DNA of 64,000 nucleotides, from assembly GCA_965235115.1 (NCBI GenBank), contig OZ249436.1, positions 1,180,001-1,244,000 of the forward strand, read 5' to 3'. The stretch is from Laetmonice hystrix (lineage: Eukaryota). This document shows positions 12,597 to 25,334 of the stretch, in pieces (the first letter of the stretch is position 1; the number at the start of each line of letters is the position of its first letter). The notes under the pieces were generated by a model. The model was not told where the DNA came from, searched no databases, and saw only the letters and a list, made by a program, of their open reading frames with translations. A program made the position numbers and the translations under genes.

Positions 12597-14287
12597 CTGC
12601 GATAATTTATTGGTAGCTATCCTCTTTTACCTTGAGTGGATGATAAGGACAAAGAGACCTGATTAAATAAAGCTAAAAGAACTATAATTCTCACCGGAGC
12701 TAACTTGATAAATTCCATAATTTCAGCAGTGTCTTTTAAAGAATTGGTATTACCACAGCTCGTGCGCTAGCCTATTGTCAAGTTAACGCTGAAGTTTTGT
12801 TTTTGTTTTTGTTTTATTTTGTATAATATTACAAATGGTCTTTGTCCACTAGACGTGATGTACGAGGCATTTGGTACAACCCTACAATGTTGTTCTTATA
12901 TATGTTTGTAAACCCCAAAACAGAGCTAACGATATTGACAGGACGGTGAGTTTTGTTGAGCAGTGTGTGCCACTCCCTGACAACAATTGCCGCCTTACCA
13001 GCTGTTCATACACTGATATCGCTGCAATCCGTATATTTACCGCGGCTTGACGCTGGAGGTTTTCATCTGACTTCCTCTGTCAAAGACCCGGTTCTGATAC
13101 TATCCTGGTGGTCTAGACACAACCCCCAAGAGCCTAGATCCTATGGGTGTGCACTGAGAAAGTCTGCTGTCCTCTTCCAATGCTTCGTATTGTTACGGCA
13201 GAGGTCGGCGATGCGTGACCCTTGTAGACTAAAGGGAACCTATTGCATCTTATGTTAGAAAAAATTCAACTATTTCGAGATATCTACCTACATGTTTGCA
13301 AATTCATCTCCGACCAGACGCCAATCGTGTTTGGTAGAATATGGCATTGTAGTCCTATGTGATTGTATACATGAAACCCGGTTTCGGTACATCGGGGCCG
13401 AGCCGAGCGAATTTACCACAAACGACCTTGGCATGTCGACACCGACCTCCAGATGACAATCGTCAGCTTCGGTCGGGTTTGGTCAGTTTCGGTTGGTTTG
13501 GGTGTTTAGTCGGACCGGTGCTCCCAGGCAGGAATGTCAACAAGCTGGGGTACAATGCGATCATATTTTTCAATGTCCAAGCAAGTATGGCATGTTTGCT
13601 CGTCCAGTTTCACTATTGTTACAAGTAAATCGACACATAATGAGATAGATATTTGTAATACGATACATTTCTGTGCAGACAGGGCAGCTAATTATCTCTG
13701 AAAAATGCGATGCAACACTTTCCCTTTAACTCCTTTTATACTTCGAATGTATGGAACTGTAAGCAAACACCAGCCGGAATAATAATATATCTCCAGTTAC
13801 ATGAATCGGAGGTGATACAATAGTTTATTTGGAGGGGGTGCTTTATGCGAGAATAATCTTGACTTCCCCTGCCTGTGGAAAGAGACAGGATACCCTCATG
13901 TCGTGAGTCAAGCGTTTCACGGATACACTGTAATATATACCTCACAAACATCATGATACAAACATCTGGCGCAGGTATCATTCCTGCCTAGCTCGAACTC
14001 GACCTCCTGCCTCTCCATTCTTGGAAAGTATCAGCTTCCTTTCAAACTAGGTAATCGGTTATGTCACTCGATACTCCCCTGTGCCTAGAGGTTAAAAGGC
14101 AGATTTCGTGAGGCACGGATTGGCTTTTCTCCTAACGGACGTGTTGTCACTGCACCTGCAGTCAAAGAAAATGGATTCGGTGCCCATCGTTTCATTCTAA
14201 CTTGGTGCCATATTCTGATATAAGCAGGCCTTCTGACCGTCCCATGCTTCCCCGTAACTGTGTACTACGTCACTTTATTGTGTACAC

Positions 14288-15211
14288 CAGGCCCGTAGGC
14301 TGGGGGGGTTACTTGGGTTACTCGTAACCTACCCGCAGAGCCAACCAAGGTCCGCCTAGTCAAGATAAAAAGGTCTGCCCATGCAGGGGCGTGGCACCAA
14401 TTTTTCAGTTGGGGGAGGGGGCACAAATATGCCCCGCCAATTGAAAAAAAACCAGATGTATGGTTGTTAGGCCTCCAATTTTTCATTTTCTTCTGGGGGA
14501 ACATGTCCCGGACCCCGGCCCAGATGCAGACCCCCCTAGCACGCCCATATTCAATATGACCGGACCAGGGGCAGAACTGCACTGCCACTGGTATCTCAGA
14601 AGGGGCGAGAACCACCGGGGGGGGGGGGGGGTTACTTCCCAATCTAAAAATCTAAAGAGATTCCTTGTATACTGTGCCTCAGTAATTGCTCTCAGAATTC
14701 TGAAACATAGCCAAAATGCCCCCAGAATGCACCATTTCACTCCTAGTTTTAAAAAATTCCTGCCGGGGGGAGCATGCCCCCGGACCACCCTACAATCGCT
14801 TCATGCCTATGGTGCTCCCTACAGTGGCTTTGCTGCTGCATTTCACATTCTTAAACGTTGGAACCACTGGTATTGGAAACCAGTTTCAATATCAGTGCAT
14901 GGTCAAGAAACAGCTCTGGATCCACCCTATGCAAATTTATGGAACTCATTTCACTATAAGCAGTGCACCCCCCTCTCGCCCCATGTGCCCTTTTCTCTCC
15001 CCTCAAGTGCCCTTTTTTATTTTTACGAAAGATATTTAAAATCTAAATGTCCAATTGTCTAGGCCTATTATAGCCCTAAAGGCTGGTCTATATCGCGTAT
15101 TTGGCACTGTAATTTAAATTTTTTTCACCCCCCCCCCCCCGTTTTGAAAATCCTGGATCCGCCCAGGGCTGATAAGTAACCCACCCATTTTCAGACCAGC
15201 CTACGGGCCTG
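14288..15211. mobile_element. Composite CAG...CTG TIR element with 5-bp TSD (hAT-like, non-autonomous), containing related inner termini
   Basis: TACAC|CAGGCCCGTAGGCTGG ... CCAGCCTACGGGCCTG|TACAC, a perfect 16-bp TIR. Inner CAGGGGCGTGGCACC (14384) and AAATCCTGGATCCGCCCAGG (~15148-15167) look like ends of nested relatives. Confidence 0.85.
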
Positions 15212-15439
15212 TACACCAGCATGTTAAATAAAAAAAAAACAGGCGCACATGTGTTTTCTTCCAATCTCTGCTTGGCCACGGTAGAACAACATGCCGCGGA
15301 AAAGAATCTACTCGACCAAGCACGTCAGGTGAAGCTTATGTACTGAAGTTGTCATTATAGTCCGTTTGTACACAAAACTTGTCGTAAGGTCTAGACGTTA
15401 ATGCAAGTAGATCCTTCTTCTGATCCGGTGTATGTGATA

Positions 15440-15610
15440 ATGTGTATTCCATGTATGTGCTATACGTATTCTATGTATGTGATATAATATGTATTTTATG
15501 TATGCGATATAATATGTACTCCATGTATATGAAATACTATGTATTCCATGTATGTGATATATGTATTCCATGTATGTGATATAATGTGTTCAATATGTAT
15601 TCCATGCATT
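15440..15610. repeat. Degenerate ~25-bp AT-rich tandem repeat
   Basis: Recurring TATGTATTCCATGTATGTGATATAA-like units. Confidence 0.75.
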
Positions 15611-16253
15611 GTTATATCTTGAAGTGCACGTATATTTTAACGAAGTTATAAAATATCATACCAGCAAGCCAGCATTGACGACCACCATTTTCTGGCCATT
15701 CGATCCGCGACTCGAGTCGAAACAAATGGAACCGGCACTTGACGAGCTGTTAGATCCATTATAGTATATCTTCGTACAGTTGGACCAATTCTAGATTTAT
15801 ATTGTTGATCTCGCGAATCTTTCATCATGTGCGCATGCAGGAAGACACTGCGTATCCCGGGATGACAGCAAGAAAACACATGACACGTGACCCATCTGCT
15901 AATTTCTGGAGAAAAATGTCAATAATCCTTGTTTATCAATCAATTTTAATGAAACAGCAGAAAAAGTGTTTTTGTTACTTTCTACCGAACTACCTCTTCA
16001 ATAATGTCGAGTTCCTGTCACGGAGAACTGGAAACAATACGCTATACCAGAATTAATACAATGGACCAAAGGATAAAAAAACGACCTTCTCGACCATGCG
16101 CGCTCGGGGCGTGTGGGAATGGCATTTGTAAAAATGGGGGAAGGCACTCATATTGCATGGCCCCTATTATATAACATAAAACATACACAAGGTCTCTGAA
16201 TAATGGGACTACTCAGGGAATTATGTAACACGACACTTGAAATGCGAATCATG

Positions 16254-16341
16254 GGGATGTTTCATAAACCGGGTTAGTTAATCACACGACTACTTACAGT
16301 GTGCTGCTATACAAGTTAACGCTAGGTTGTGAGACGCCCCC
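16254..16341. mobile_element. Possible short degenerate TIR element
   Basis: GGGGATGTTTCATAAACC ... GGTTGTGAGACGCCCC imperfect inverted ends, resembling the element at 25222. Confidence 0.4.
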
Positions 16342-16414
16342 TAGGGCCATAACCAGACCTTAAAAAGCGACGAGACGAGGAACTTTATTCATTAATATTT
16401 AATAGGCCTATTCA

Positions 16415-16917
16415 TATCTGAATGCTCCACCAATCAATTGTTTTTTTTAACTCTGTACTGTACGTATACCATGTACGATACGAGGATGCTCACTTCTCAA
16501 GTCAACTTTTTTCTATCTGAATGTGCCATCAATCATTTATTTTTAAACTCTGTACTGTACGTATACCATGTACGAGGATGCTCACTTCTCAAGTCAATTT
16601 TTTTCTATCTGAATGCTCCACCAATCAATTGTTTTTTAACTCTGTACTGTACGTATACCATGTACGAGGATGCTCACTTCTCAAGTCAACTTTTTTCTAT
16701 CTGGATGTGCCATCAATCATTTATTTTTAAACTCTGTACTGTACGTATACCATGTACGATACTATAGGATGCTCACTTCTCAAGTCAACTTTTTTCTATC
16801 TGAATGCTCCACCAATCAATTGTTTTTTAACTCTGTACTGTACGTATACCATGTACGATACTATAGGATGCTCACTTCTCAAGTCTTTTTTCCATGCCAC
16901 CTATCTGGATGTGCCAT
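16415..16917. repeat. 92-99-bp tandem repeat, five units alternating between two subtypes
   Basis: Units start at about 16415, 16514, 16606, 16698 and 16797; shared core AACTCTGTACTGTACGTATACCATGTACGA...GGATGCTCACTTCTCAAGTC. Confidence 0.95.
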
Positions 16918-18034
16918 GGGACAAAACACATCAGTAAGATAGGATATAGGCAAAAAACAAAACCAAAAAAAAAAAAAAACAACAACCAAAAAAATCCCGG
17001 TTTCTGGTACGCGCGCGCGTCACCTCAGACGCCGCGCATTAGTGTTTTTTTTTGCCCTCACAATGATTGTGCTGCCACCTAGTTGTTATAAGGCTTGAAA
17101 CTAACCAGTGTTGTAATGGATATTTCATTAACACTGCAACGGAAGTCTGTTGTATTCAAAGCGATGGCAGCAAAGGTCATGGTCCTTAATTGTTTATGAG
17201 TTCATTTTACATGATAATTCTCAATAAGGCTTGCCATTTTAGCCAACTGCCACCAAAGAAAAAAATATCTTTAAAAAACACGGCGTCACCTCACCACTTT
17301 TGAAACGTTCTTCTCTTGTTTACTGTGGGCTCTTTTCCTCAAATTAGAAATAATCCAAGGGCAATAAACACGTAACGGGATTCGGCTCCTTCCCTGTGGG
17401 AAAGTATAGAACTCGATACCTGGCGCATAAATACGGCAATCCACCTTTGGTGTCGTGCCGTATTTATGCGCCAGGTTTCGCCGCATATTTTCCCCGCAGT
17501 GAAGGACGTCTCGTCACTTGTTTTATTTATTTTATTTGAAACATGTTATCACCTTTTATTTTATTTGAAGCAGGTTATCACTTTCCCGATATAAATACCT
17601 CGACCGATTTCTGTTTACAGGTATCGTCTTGCGTGACACACGATATTATTGGCAATTGTTATCCATGTTGCAGCGAAGCATTGTGGTTGGAATGGATATT
17701 GCACGCCTTTGAGTTCGAGGATTATATTCTGAAACGATCTGAAACCTTATATATTTGGTGACCTATTGTGGCCATACCAATTACAATCTTAGCTAATTAT
17801 AGTATTCTGTTCAAATATGATCTCTGCTGGCCGTTAACAAGAACGTTCGATATAGGTAATCGATATAGGTAATCGAGAGATTTATTACCATGGTGTAAAA
17901 GTTGAATCGGCATTTCATAATAACTCGCCGTCTCTGGCATCGTTTTACCGGCAGAAAATGACACTATAGTCTTATCATTAGTCGTCTTATGTTAGTGACT
18001 GACAATGAGAATCGGGAAGATGATCCTAGTGAGT

Positions 18035-18261
18035 TATCACTCGTTATTACGACTTATTGACGTCACTAAGTGGTAATTTTGAGATCACCACAATTTTTTT
18101 TTCTCTGAAACCAACGCGATTAACTCGTTTTAATGACTTAGTGACGCCATTAACTCGTTATTACGACTTATTAATGACGTCACTAAGTGGTAATTTAGAG
18201 ATCACCACAATATTTTTTCTCAGAAACGATTTTTTTCTTTCTGTCCTTAACAGGGCTCCGT
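18035..18261. mobile_element. Fragment of a dispersed repeat with internal ~21-bp subrepeats; related to 56855-56958
   Basis: CTCGTTATTACGACTTA and TGACGTCACTAAGTGGTAAT motifs plus ACCACAATTTTTTTTCTCTGAAAC are shared with 56855-56958; ends in GGGCTCCGTA. Confidence 0.65.
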
Positions 18262-21016
18262 ACTGTTGTTACCTCCAACTGGTCATTTATTTTCTAGACC
18301 CCCAAAAACACTATTTATTCGTGCTTCCATCGTACCAGCATGGCTTTTCGGAGGTCATTCATCCTTTGGTGATTCATTTCCAGTTCCTTTTGATTCATTT
18401 CCAGTTTGATTCGTGGAATCTAATCAGGCTACAGTGTCCATGGACAAAACCCTAACCCTAACCCAAACCCTAATAATAGGTCGGCTTCACTGCAAATAGT
18501 CTAACCTTGTTTTTGTTCACGAACATTGTTCTCCCCACTCCCCAACAAGGCTTGGGTGAGAAGAACAAATATGGCGGACTGCATGCCAACAACCTCAATG
18601 TCCTCATGTCAAAATTGGAATATTTGTATATTTATTCAAGAACAGTATTTATTTTGAAAGAAAAGATGCTTAGTATCAATCATATAGGATACCGGTAATT
18701 GACTGACCAAGAAGAGCGGTTAGGCCTAGGTCTATGTGGTAGGCCTAAACACCGCCGCTGTGGCACTGGGCGCTGTGAAACTTGCGGCAGTTGCGCTAAG
18801 CCAAGCTGCCGACGCTGGATACGTCGATCACAGGACGAAGTGCTAGCTTGTTGATAGTTGACAGTGATCCAGAAAGGTCCAAAAAGGCCTTCCCCCCCCC
18901 AAAGTCATAAAACAACTACCAAAGGCATCACGCTGTCACATTTTGAAAGAACTAGTGATTCATCACCAGATAGCCTAACTGTTCAATTCATCATTGCTGG
19001 GTGCAGCCATTTTGTAAGGTTATAGTTCTTGGTCTTTGGATGCTATGAAGTGCTATGGTGCTATGAAGAACATGTTCCAGGTGCATGTTCTTTGTTGTTT
19101 GGATGACGCAGCCCAGCTGTCACGAAATTGGGGGTAGTAGGGTCAAGAGCAGCGCTAAGGACAAGGGTGAGTTTTTGGGGGAGGTAGCCCCCTATTTAGG
19201 GAGTCTAAACTTGGGGAGGTCTAAACTGATCCAAGGACCTTGTAGGCCTAAATATAACCAGCGGAACTATACGCATTGCATAACAGCTTTCTAAGACTTA
19301 ACGTAATGTAACGAAAAATGAAGCGGAGTTTGTTCTCAGATCTAATGCTGTTCTTTCTCGCTCGTCCCTGTGCTGAACGCCTCCTGTCTGCCGCCTTCCT
19401 TCCTGCCACCACAAGTAAATAGCCATGTTAGTCCTTTGATACAAGTCGTCTGGTGAAAATCTGTGAAGGATTACAGGTCTGTGAGAGGCGACAGAAGAGT
19501 TCCGTCCTTTACATCAAAGTTAACTCAAGATCAAAGTGCAGCAAGCCGGCGTCGCCATGACACCCGTGGACATGCTGGTTTGACAGTGAAGCGGAAGGAG
19601 CGCTATTCGTCTGACATCCATGGTTACAATATGTTTGAATAGATTGGACGCCATTATGACCTTGGGAGGGACCACATTTACGGATACTTAGTCTCAGAGA
19701 AAGTTTTCTTTGATTAACACGCCGTACGATATGAATAAACTCAACCCAGACGATAATGAAGCCACAAAGTATACGATGCTATGTCGCTTGAAGTAGGTCA
19801 GCTGGCTCTAGTTGACCTTGAACTGAGTGATTCGTAGACATCCGAGTGACCTCTGTCTAAACACAGGACTTGTCGGATTAGGCCACAAGAGGGCGCTGGT
19901 CGTGGCACCTCTCTGCAAAGAAGGTAGCTTGTCATGTGATTAACCCACCTGCCACCAGGTGTAGGCTACTAATCCGTACGAAGTTGGCGCGCAGGCTGCA
20001 GACTGTTGATCTAGAGCTGCTGATGTCTATTACGACACAACGAACTCTAGACGCTAATCCTCCCGTCATTTGGATAACTGAGGCAACAGCAAAGAGTTTC
20101 TATCTATACTCAAAGAATGCCGTGGGTAATGCTAACTTTTTCCCAAGCTGGTTGTCTCAAAACTCACACCCTGGTCAGCAGAGTCGACATTTAATGCTCT
20201 AGATTGCGTGAAATATATCAATTCTTCCTGGCCTTGGCCATGAGGGTTGGGAAAAATAATTGAGGCAGCCCACTTCTTGGAATAAAATAAATATTCCCAA
20301 GAAAAAACCCAGACCCCCCTAAATATCTAATGGTCGCCCCCTAAGACATCATGAGAAACAAATCAAACTGCTTCCCCATCTTTGAAAAGTTATAGGCAGA
20401 CTATCTGATAACTGCCAATGAGAATTATTACTCAGAAAATTATGGATGTGGCATTCAATGATCTATTTTATTGGGACATGAAGCCTAGAATACATTTCGT
20501 TGAGAGTTTGGCGTCTGGGCGATAATGGAGCGTTCCGGGACCTTGACCTCTGACCCCAAGACCTGACAGAGTCTGGTTACGCTACGTTGACTTACCGTAG
20601 TGTTGTGACAAATAGAGCCGACTGCCATGCACCGAACCTGTGGTAATTTTATGCTTGTCTCCATCAAGTCAGGATTATACATACTCCTAGACTTCTAGAC
20701 TGCCAAGGGACGTTGCAAATTGAAGTATTTTTCCGTGAAATATCTTTCATCAGATGCCACAGTAAATCATCTGTGAGTTAAAGGAGGTTTTTTATATCAA
20801 AATCTGATAAGCCGTTACGGTGGTAATCCATGTTGCCTCGAGACAACTGTCGAGGAGAGACCCATAAAGGCTAGAATTAAATAAAAACGAGATTCAGCAT
20901 ATACACATTCTGTTCTCAGGTACTACTGTCAGATAGGCTGCCAAAATATAGCCGTTTTAATTAAAAAGTCGGTGGTTCCCAGTATAACAATCCAATTAAA
21001 ACTTTGCTAGCATTAA

Positions 21017-21549
21017 AGGTAATATGTCACGAATTTCAAATAATACGTCGTCTTTCAGCAAAAATATGTCTGCATTGCGGTTCTCCGATATGCCCCAAAG
21101 GTCCCCTACCTGTTTATGTAGCTTTGGCCGGCATTTTGTAAAAAAAATCGTCAATTCTTAATTCAGTCACTAAAAATGACATACATGCACTTAGATTCCG
21201 AGACCCCGGGATTTGCAGCCGGCTGTGTTTTGCACCCTTTTCACATGATCAGCGGATGGATCATTATAGTCCCACTCTCATTGTATAGATTTGTTATTTA
21301 CTTATTTATTTTTTTTGTTCATTTATTTATTTGTTATTTACTTAGATGGCGAATTCACCGCACTTTGTGGACACTGCAGCTAGTTTTATTCATTTTTCCA
21401 CATTATGGAGAATTCCATAGCTGTCTACTCGTAGAATGTGTTAACAGAATCAATATGAAAAACAATCAGTGCCATAAAGTACGTCAGTGGTGAGCAGGTA
21501 AGCAGAAAACTGAAGATTTCGGTCGAAACCCCCCCGTGACATATTTCCT
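21017..21549. mobile_element. Kolobok-type MITE (second family)
   Basis: TTAA|AGGTAATATGTCACG ... CGTGACATATTTCCT|TTAA: 15-bp TIR with one mismatch. Confidence 0.88.
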
Positions 21550-21553
21550 TTAA

Positions 21554-22777
21554 AGTAATGGCCTATTCTCGAATTTTTCCAGTATCACACTGGTTCTGCC
21601 TTATCCTAACTGAAGAGAAACATGTAATCTTACCAGATTTGCCCCAAAAGGGAGCTATTACTCGTAATTATTGCGAAATTTGATGAGCAAACCTGCACAC
21701 CTCGATCGGTTCTGAAAAACTCGGCACGAGTTCTTCAGTATGGTGTTTACATAACGTCGTACACAGTTTCACTTCGAGCCAAGCACTGTCCCCCAAGATG
21801 CATTGCACTAGACGAAAGCGAGGCTCGCACCTGCCAGTGTGGAGGGGGGGGGGCTTTCCCAACGACATGCCGCTTGCATGCGCGGGCTACTGAATCAGTG
21901 AAGAATCGTAAGAAGTATGCTCAGAATCAGGATAGATCGAAACTCCGCGTCTATATCGCGGCTGCTTTTAATCGCTGGGTGAATTTACGGGAAGTTATTG
22001 ACTTTCGAGCAGCTTACAATGCCGGTGTTGCTTCGGTGCTAGGGTAGACCTACCACACAGCCAACGTGGTGGCCCCCGGCCCTGTGCTGGCGTGTTCCCG
22101 GTATGTCCAAACCGTCATACCGCCCCGCAGAACACATTTCATCGGCCTTCGACCAGCTTAAGGCACCGGCCCAAAGTACCATCATTCTTTTTATGGAATA
22201 CATTTCCAACCAGTGCCGCAGATGGTCAACCTACGACTGGTCTATTTACGGCCGTGTACGGTGAGTACGCCGGGCGGTAGAGCCGGGCGGCCGGCCGCAA
22301 GGCGAGGCCCAGGCGGCAGAACAGGAGATTACAACCGGTGAAACCCTCTTATGCTGGATTGTCAACAGCAAAACATATCACCCTCGGAGGCCCACTCGTC
22401 CCCCCTCCTGTCTACATAATGTGAATACGACAGATATATTTCGTTGTATTATAAAATATGAGTTAGGTCTGGGCTACTTTGCTGGGTGATCGAAATAGGC
22501 TTGCTGAACGATGAGGACGCCATCTTGTTTGGCTGCGTCATCAGACACTGCGTAGAAAGCTACGTGAGGGAATTCCCTTCCAGTTCAAATCCAATGGTGG
22601 TGGAATCATTGCACGTTTTTCTTTCGATTGATTGCGATTTTCGCTTATACTGCAAGTAGCACGCAGGTATTGTCCCTATTGGACATGGCAAATATTTGTA
22701 CACGTCTTTGGTAACATGCAGGAAGTAATATTAGAAAGTCGTTAAAATATTCCTACATTCCACGCTATACTATGACT
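21554..22777 (+). mobile_element. Probable decayed Kolobok derivative carrying a short protein relic
   Basis: Bounded by TTAA|AGT ... ACT|TTAA with a weak TIR (13/21 by eye). 21901-22047 (+) reads KNRKKYAQNQDRSKLRVYIAAAFNRWVNLREVIDFRAAYNAGVASVLG*, resembling the RVxIGxAFxRWxxL motif I recall from Kolobok-associated proteins. Confidence 0.5.
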
Positions 22778-23380
22778 TTAAGCCAGGTACGCGACTTGAT
22801 GTGGTCGAAGCTAGCAATGTGAGTAAGCAAGACGAGATACACGAGACGCCAAGGTTGAAGGGGGTTGGATGTATAGTAGGGTTTCGGAGGTATAGGTGGA
22901 GTGGAGCATATAAGTAAAGAAAGCCATGTTAATTAACCTCCGAGTTTCCTGAGGGGTTTTCATTTCGGGTGAATCATACAGAGTGACAATATCGTCTCAC
23001 GAGGCGTTTCAGCCGAATACACATCGCAATACCATCACTCTATCAGGATGTTTCGGTAGAGTGCGATTCTTTCTCCAAGCTTCATCGGAGATAGTCGAGA
23101 TTAGCCGAATTCGGATGACCTTTCTCTCGACCTGTCGTCTAAATCGGATTGATTTACCGAAGGGAAGTCTTATCTGAAATAGGAAAAAAATATCCGAAGT
23201 TCACCGTGATTCCGTCAAGGAAAATGTCATATAAAGAAATGATGGATGTTTCCCACGCAGTTTAAAGGAGCACAAAGAGGAGAAATGAAAACTTAGAAGA
23301 TGACTATAAATCATACCCTTTTTACGGACTTTGAAATGTTGTGAATACTTTGAAGCAATTTCCTTTTCCCATATAATTAA

Positions 23381-23889
23381 AGGGGCATGCTATGAAACAC
23401 GTTTTGGAGGATTTCCGGCAATTATCCAACATGACCGTGTACTAGGGATCCAAGTAAATAATCCTACCACAGCATTTTGTCCTCCGACGTGTTTTCGCTG
23501 CGTATGCAGCACAAGTAGGGCCTAGATTCTATATGACCAAACCTATAGATTTCTCCCGATAGCACACCTTCCGCCATAATGTGCCATAGACAACCCCCCA
23601 TCAACCCGTGTAATTGCATACTGTGTCACATCCTGTGTGTGCACTCTCTGCGTGTGCTTAGTCAGCCGTTGCACTCGATCGCCCAGCATCAGAATGCCAC
23701 CCAAAAAATATTTTACGAAATCGACAGAAAAGCGGGCAGGGGAGCTTCATAAACTTCGATTTCTCACACAAAATGAAACTGATAAGACTGTCTTTGTTTA
23801 CCAAGCAATATTAATGAAGGGTCTCTTTATGAAAACAGCAAAAGTTCTTTGAAATACCGATTTTTCACGTTTCCTCATAATATGCCCCT
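23381..23889. mobile_element. Kolobok-type MITE, copy 2 (509 bp)
   Basis: TTAA|AGGGGCATGCTATGA ... TCATAATATGCCCCT|TTAA; highly similar to 9237-10194 minus the nested insertion. Confidence 0.93.
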
Positions 23890-25221
23890 TTAAGGTGTTT
23901 TGGGAAATTAGTCTACTAACAGTTATTATCGGAATTGAAATTGTAAGATAATTCTATAATTCTATTCCATAGTTTTTTTTTACGATTTCAGAAAACTCAA
24001 AACCGGACATGCTAAGTGCACCTGAGTGTATTAGTCTGAATGTCTCGACCGATTACTCTCCAATATTGAGCCTTTGCTCGGAAGTATCTAAATGCTGAAA
24101 CCAGACGTAAAATAAATGAAGCCATAATATCTTCTGTCGTGGTTACAATAAAGATACATGTCTAATGATTGTCTACAACCTCCACTCGTTAGGGAAGGAA
24201 GGAAGAAATTGTTTCTAATGTCTCATTGGGGGTAATGAGTGCGGCGATACCTGAAGCTGACCCCGCAAGGCATGCTGGGTAGGCCTATCGCCGCCTGCCA
24301 TTCAGCCTCAGCACCATCCTTCCTTCCACACAACCACTGGACACTGCAACGCGTCCTCCTATAAACGGGACACTGCAAACACATGTTGCAAAGGAACATC
24401 ATTTCTTTCATGTTGTACCTCGGCAGCGGAGGGATTTTTCTACGACAGGGGATTGGGACTTATGCTACAAGAAGTGGGATTGCTTTTACCGCGTCTTTTT
24501 GAGGCAAAGAAGGCTTGTCAAAAATCACATTTGGACCGCCGCAAGGCCTCCATGTATACTCACCTTTCACAGTAGTGGTTAGAAATAAATGTCCCCCCTC
24601 CCCCCATTCCAAGAAGTCACATGTCGAACATGACATCCGTGTCTATATCGCCGGCTTCAGGCCTTTGTAGGCCTGATATAACTACCACTATCCTTAACCC
24701 TAACGGTAAACCCTAACCCTTTTTGAAAAGGCTAGCAATAGGTCTGCTCACTGCCCGGATCTCAGTGCCCGTTCGTAGTCAGGGTGGGGGCCTGATATAT
24801 CCTGATATATCCTACATCCTCATGTCGGTAGGCTTAATTGCTAGCGCAACGCCGCATGTGTTTAGGTTTTTAGTTCCTCTCAAAGTGGAGAGCAGTCGTA
24901 CTGTGATTGGTCAGACACCGTGACGTCAAATTAGCAGACGCTATGGCGGCATCCACAAGGTGAGCAGCCTCTGGCACTAATATGCTTATATCTGAACTAT
25001 TTGAGCACCAATTGTGTTCAAATCTTTTCTAACTTGCTTAAAGTTTCACGCCTTTTGTGCCTGGCCATGTGCCAACTGGGGTGAACTTTTTCTGTTGCGT
25101 GGAAGTTGACCGTGAATAGGCGTTTAACACTTTGGTCTGAATATATTAATTGTCAATTGTTACAAACTACAGGGTAAGAACTGGGCCCTGCTCTTTTATA
25201 GCTGTTGCTGAATCAGCCAAT

Positions 25222-25334
25222 CTGGGGTGCGTGTCACAACCATCGTTATCCTGTCGTGCGTTAAAATCCCCATTGGAAATACATTGGCGTTAACGATAAG
25301 ACAAGCTAACGACATGTTGTGAAACGCACCCCAG
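25222..25334. mobile_element. Short (~113 bp) TIR element, Harbinger-like
   Basis: CTGGGGTGCGTGTCACAAC ... GTTGTGAAACGCACCCCAG: 19-bp inverted repeat with one mismatch. Confidence 0.75.

Noticed and set aside
18450..18474. Telomere-like (CCCTAA)n, also at ~24692-24720
   Set aside because: Only 3-4 imperfect units at interstitial positions; more likely part of a dispersed repeat than a telomere.
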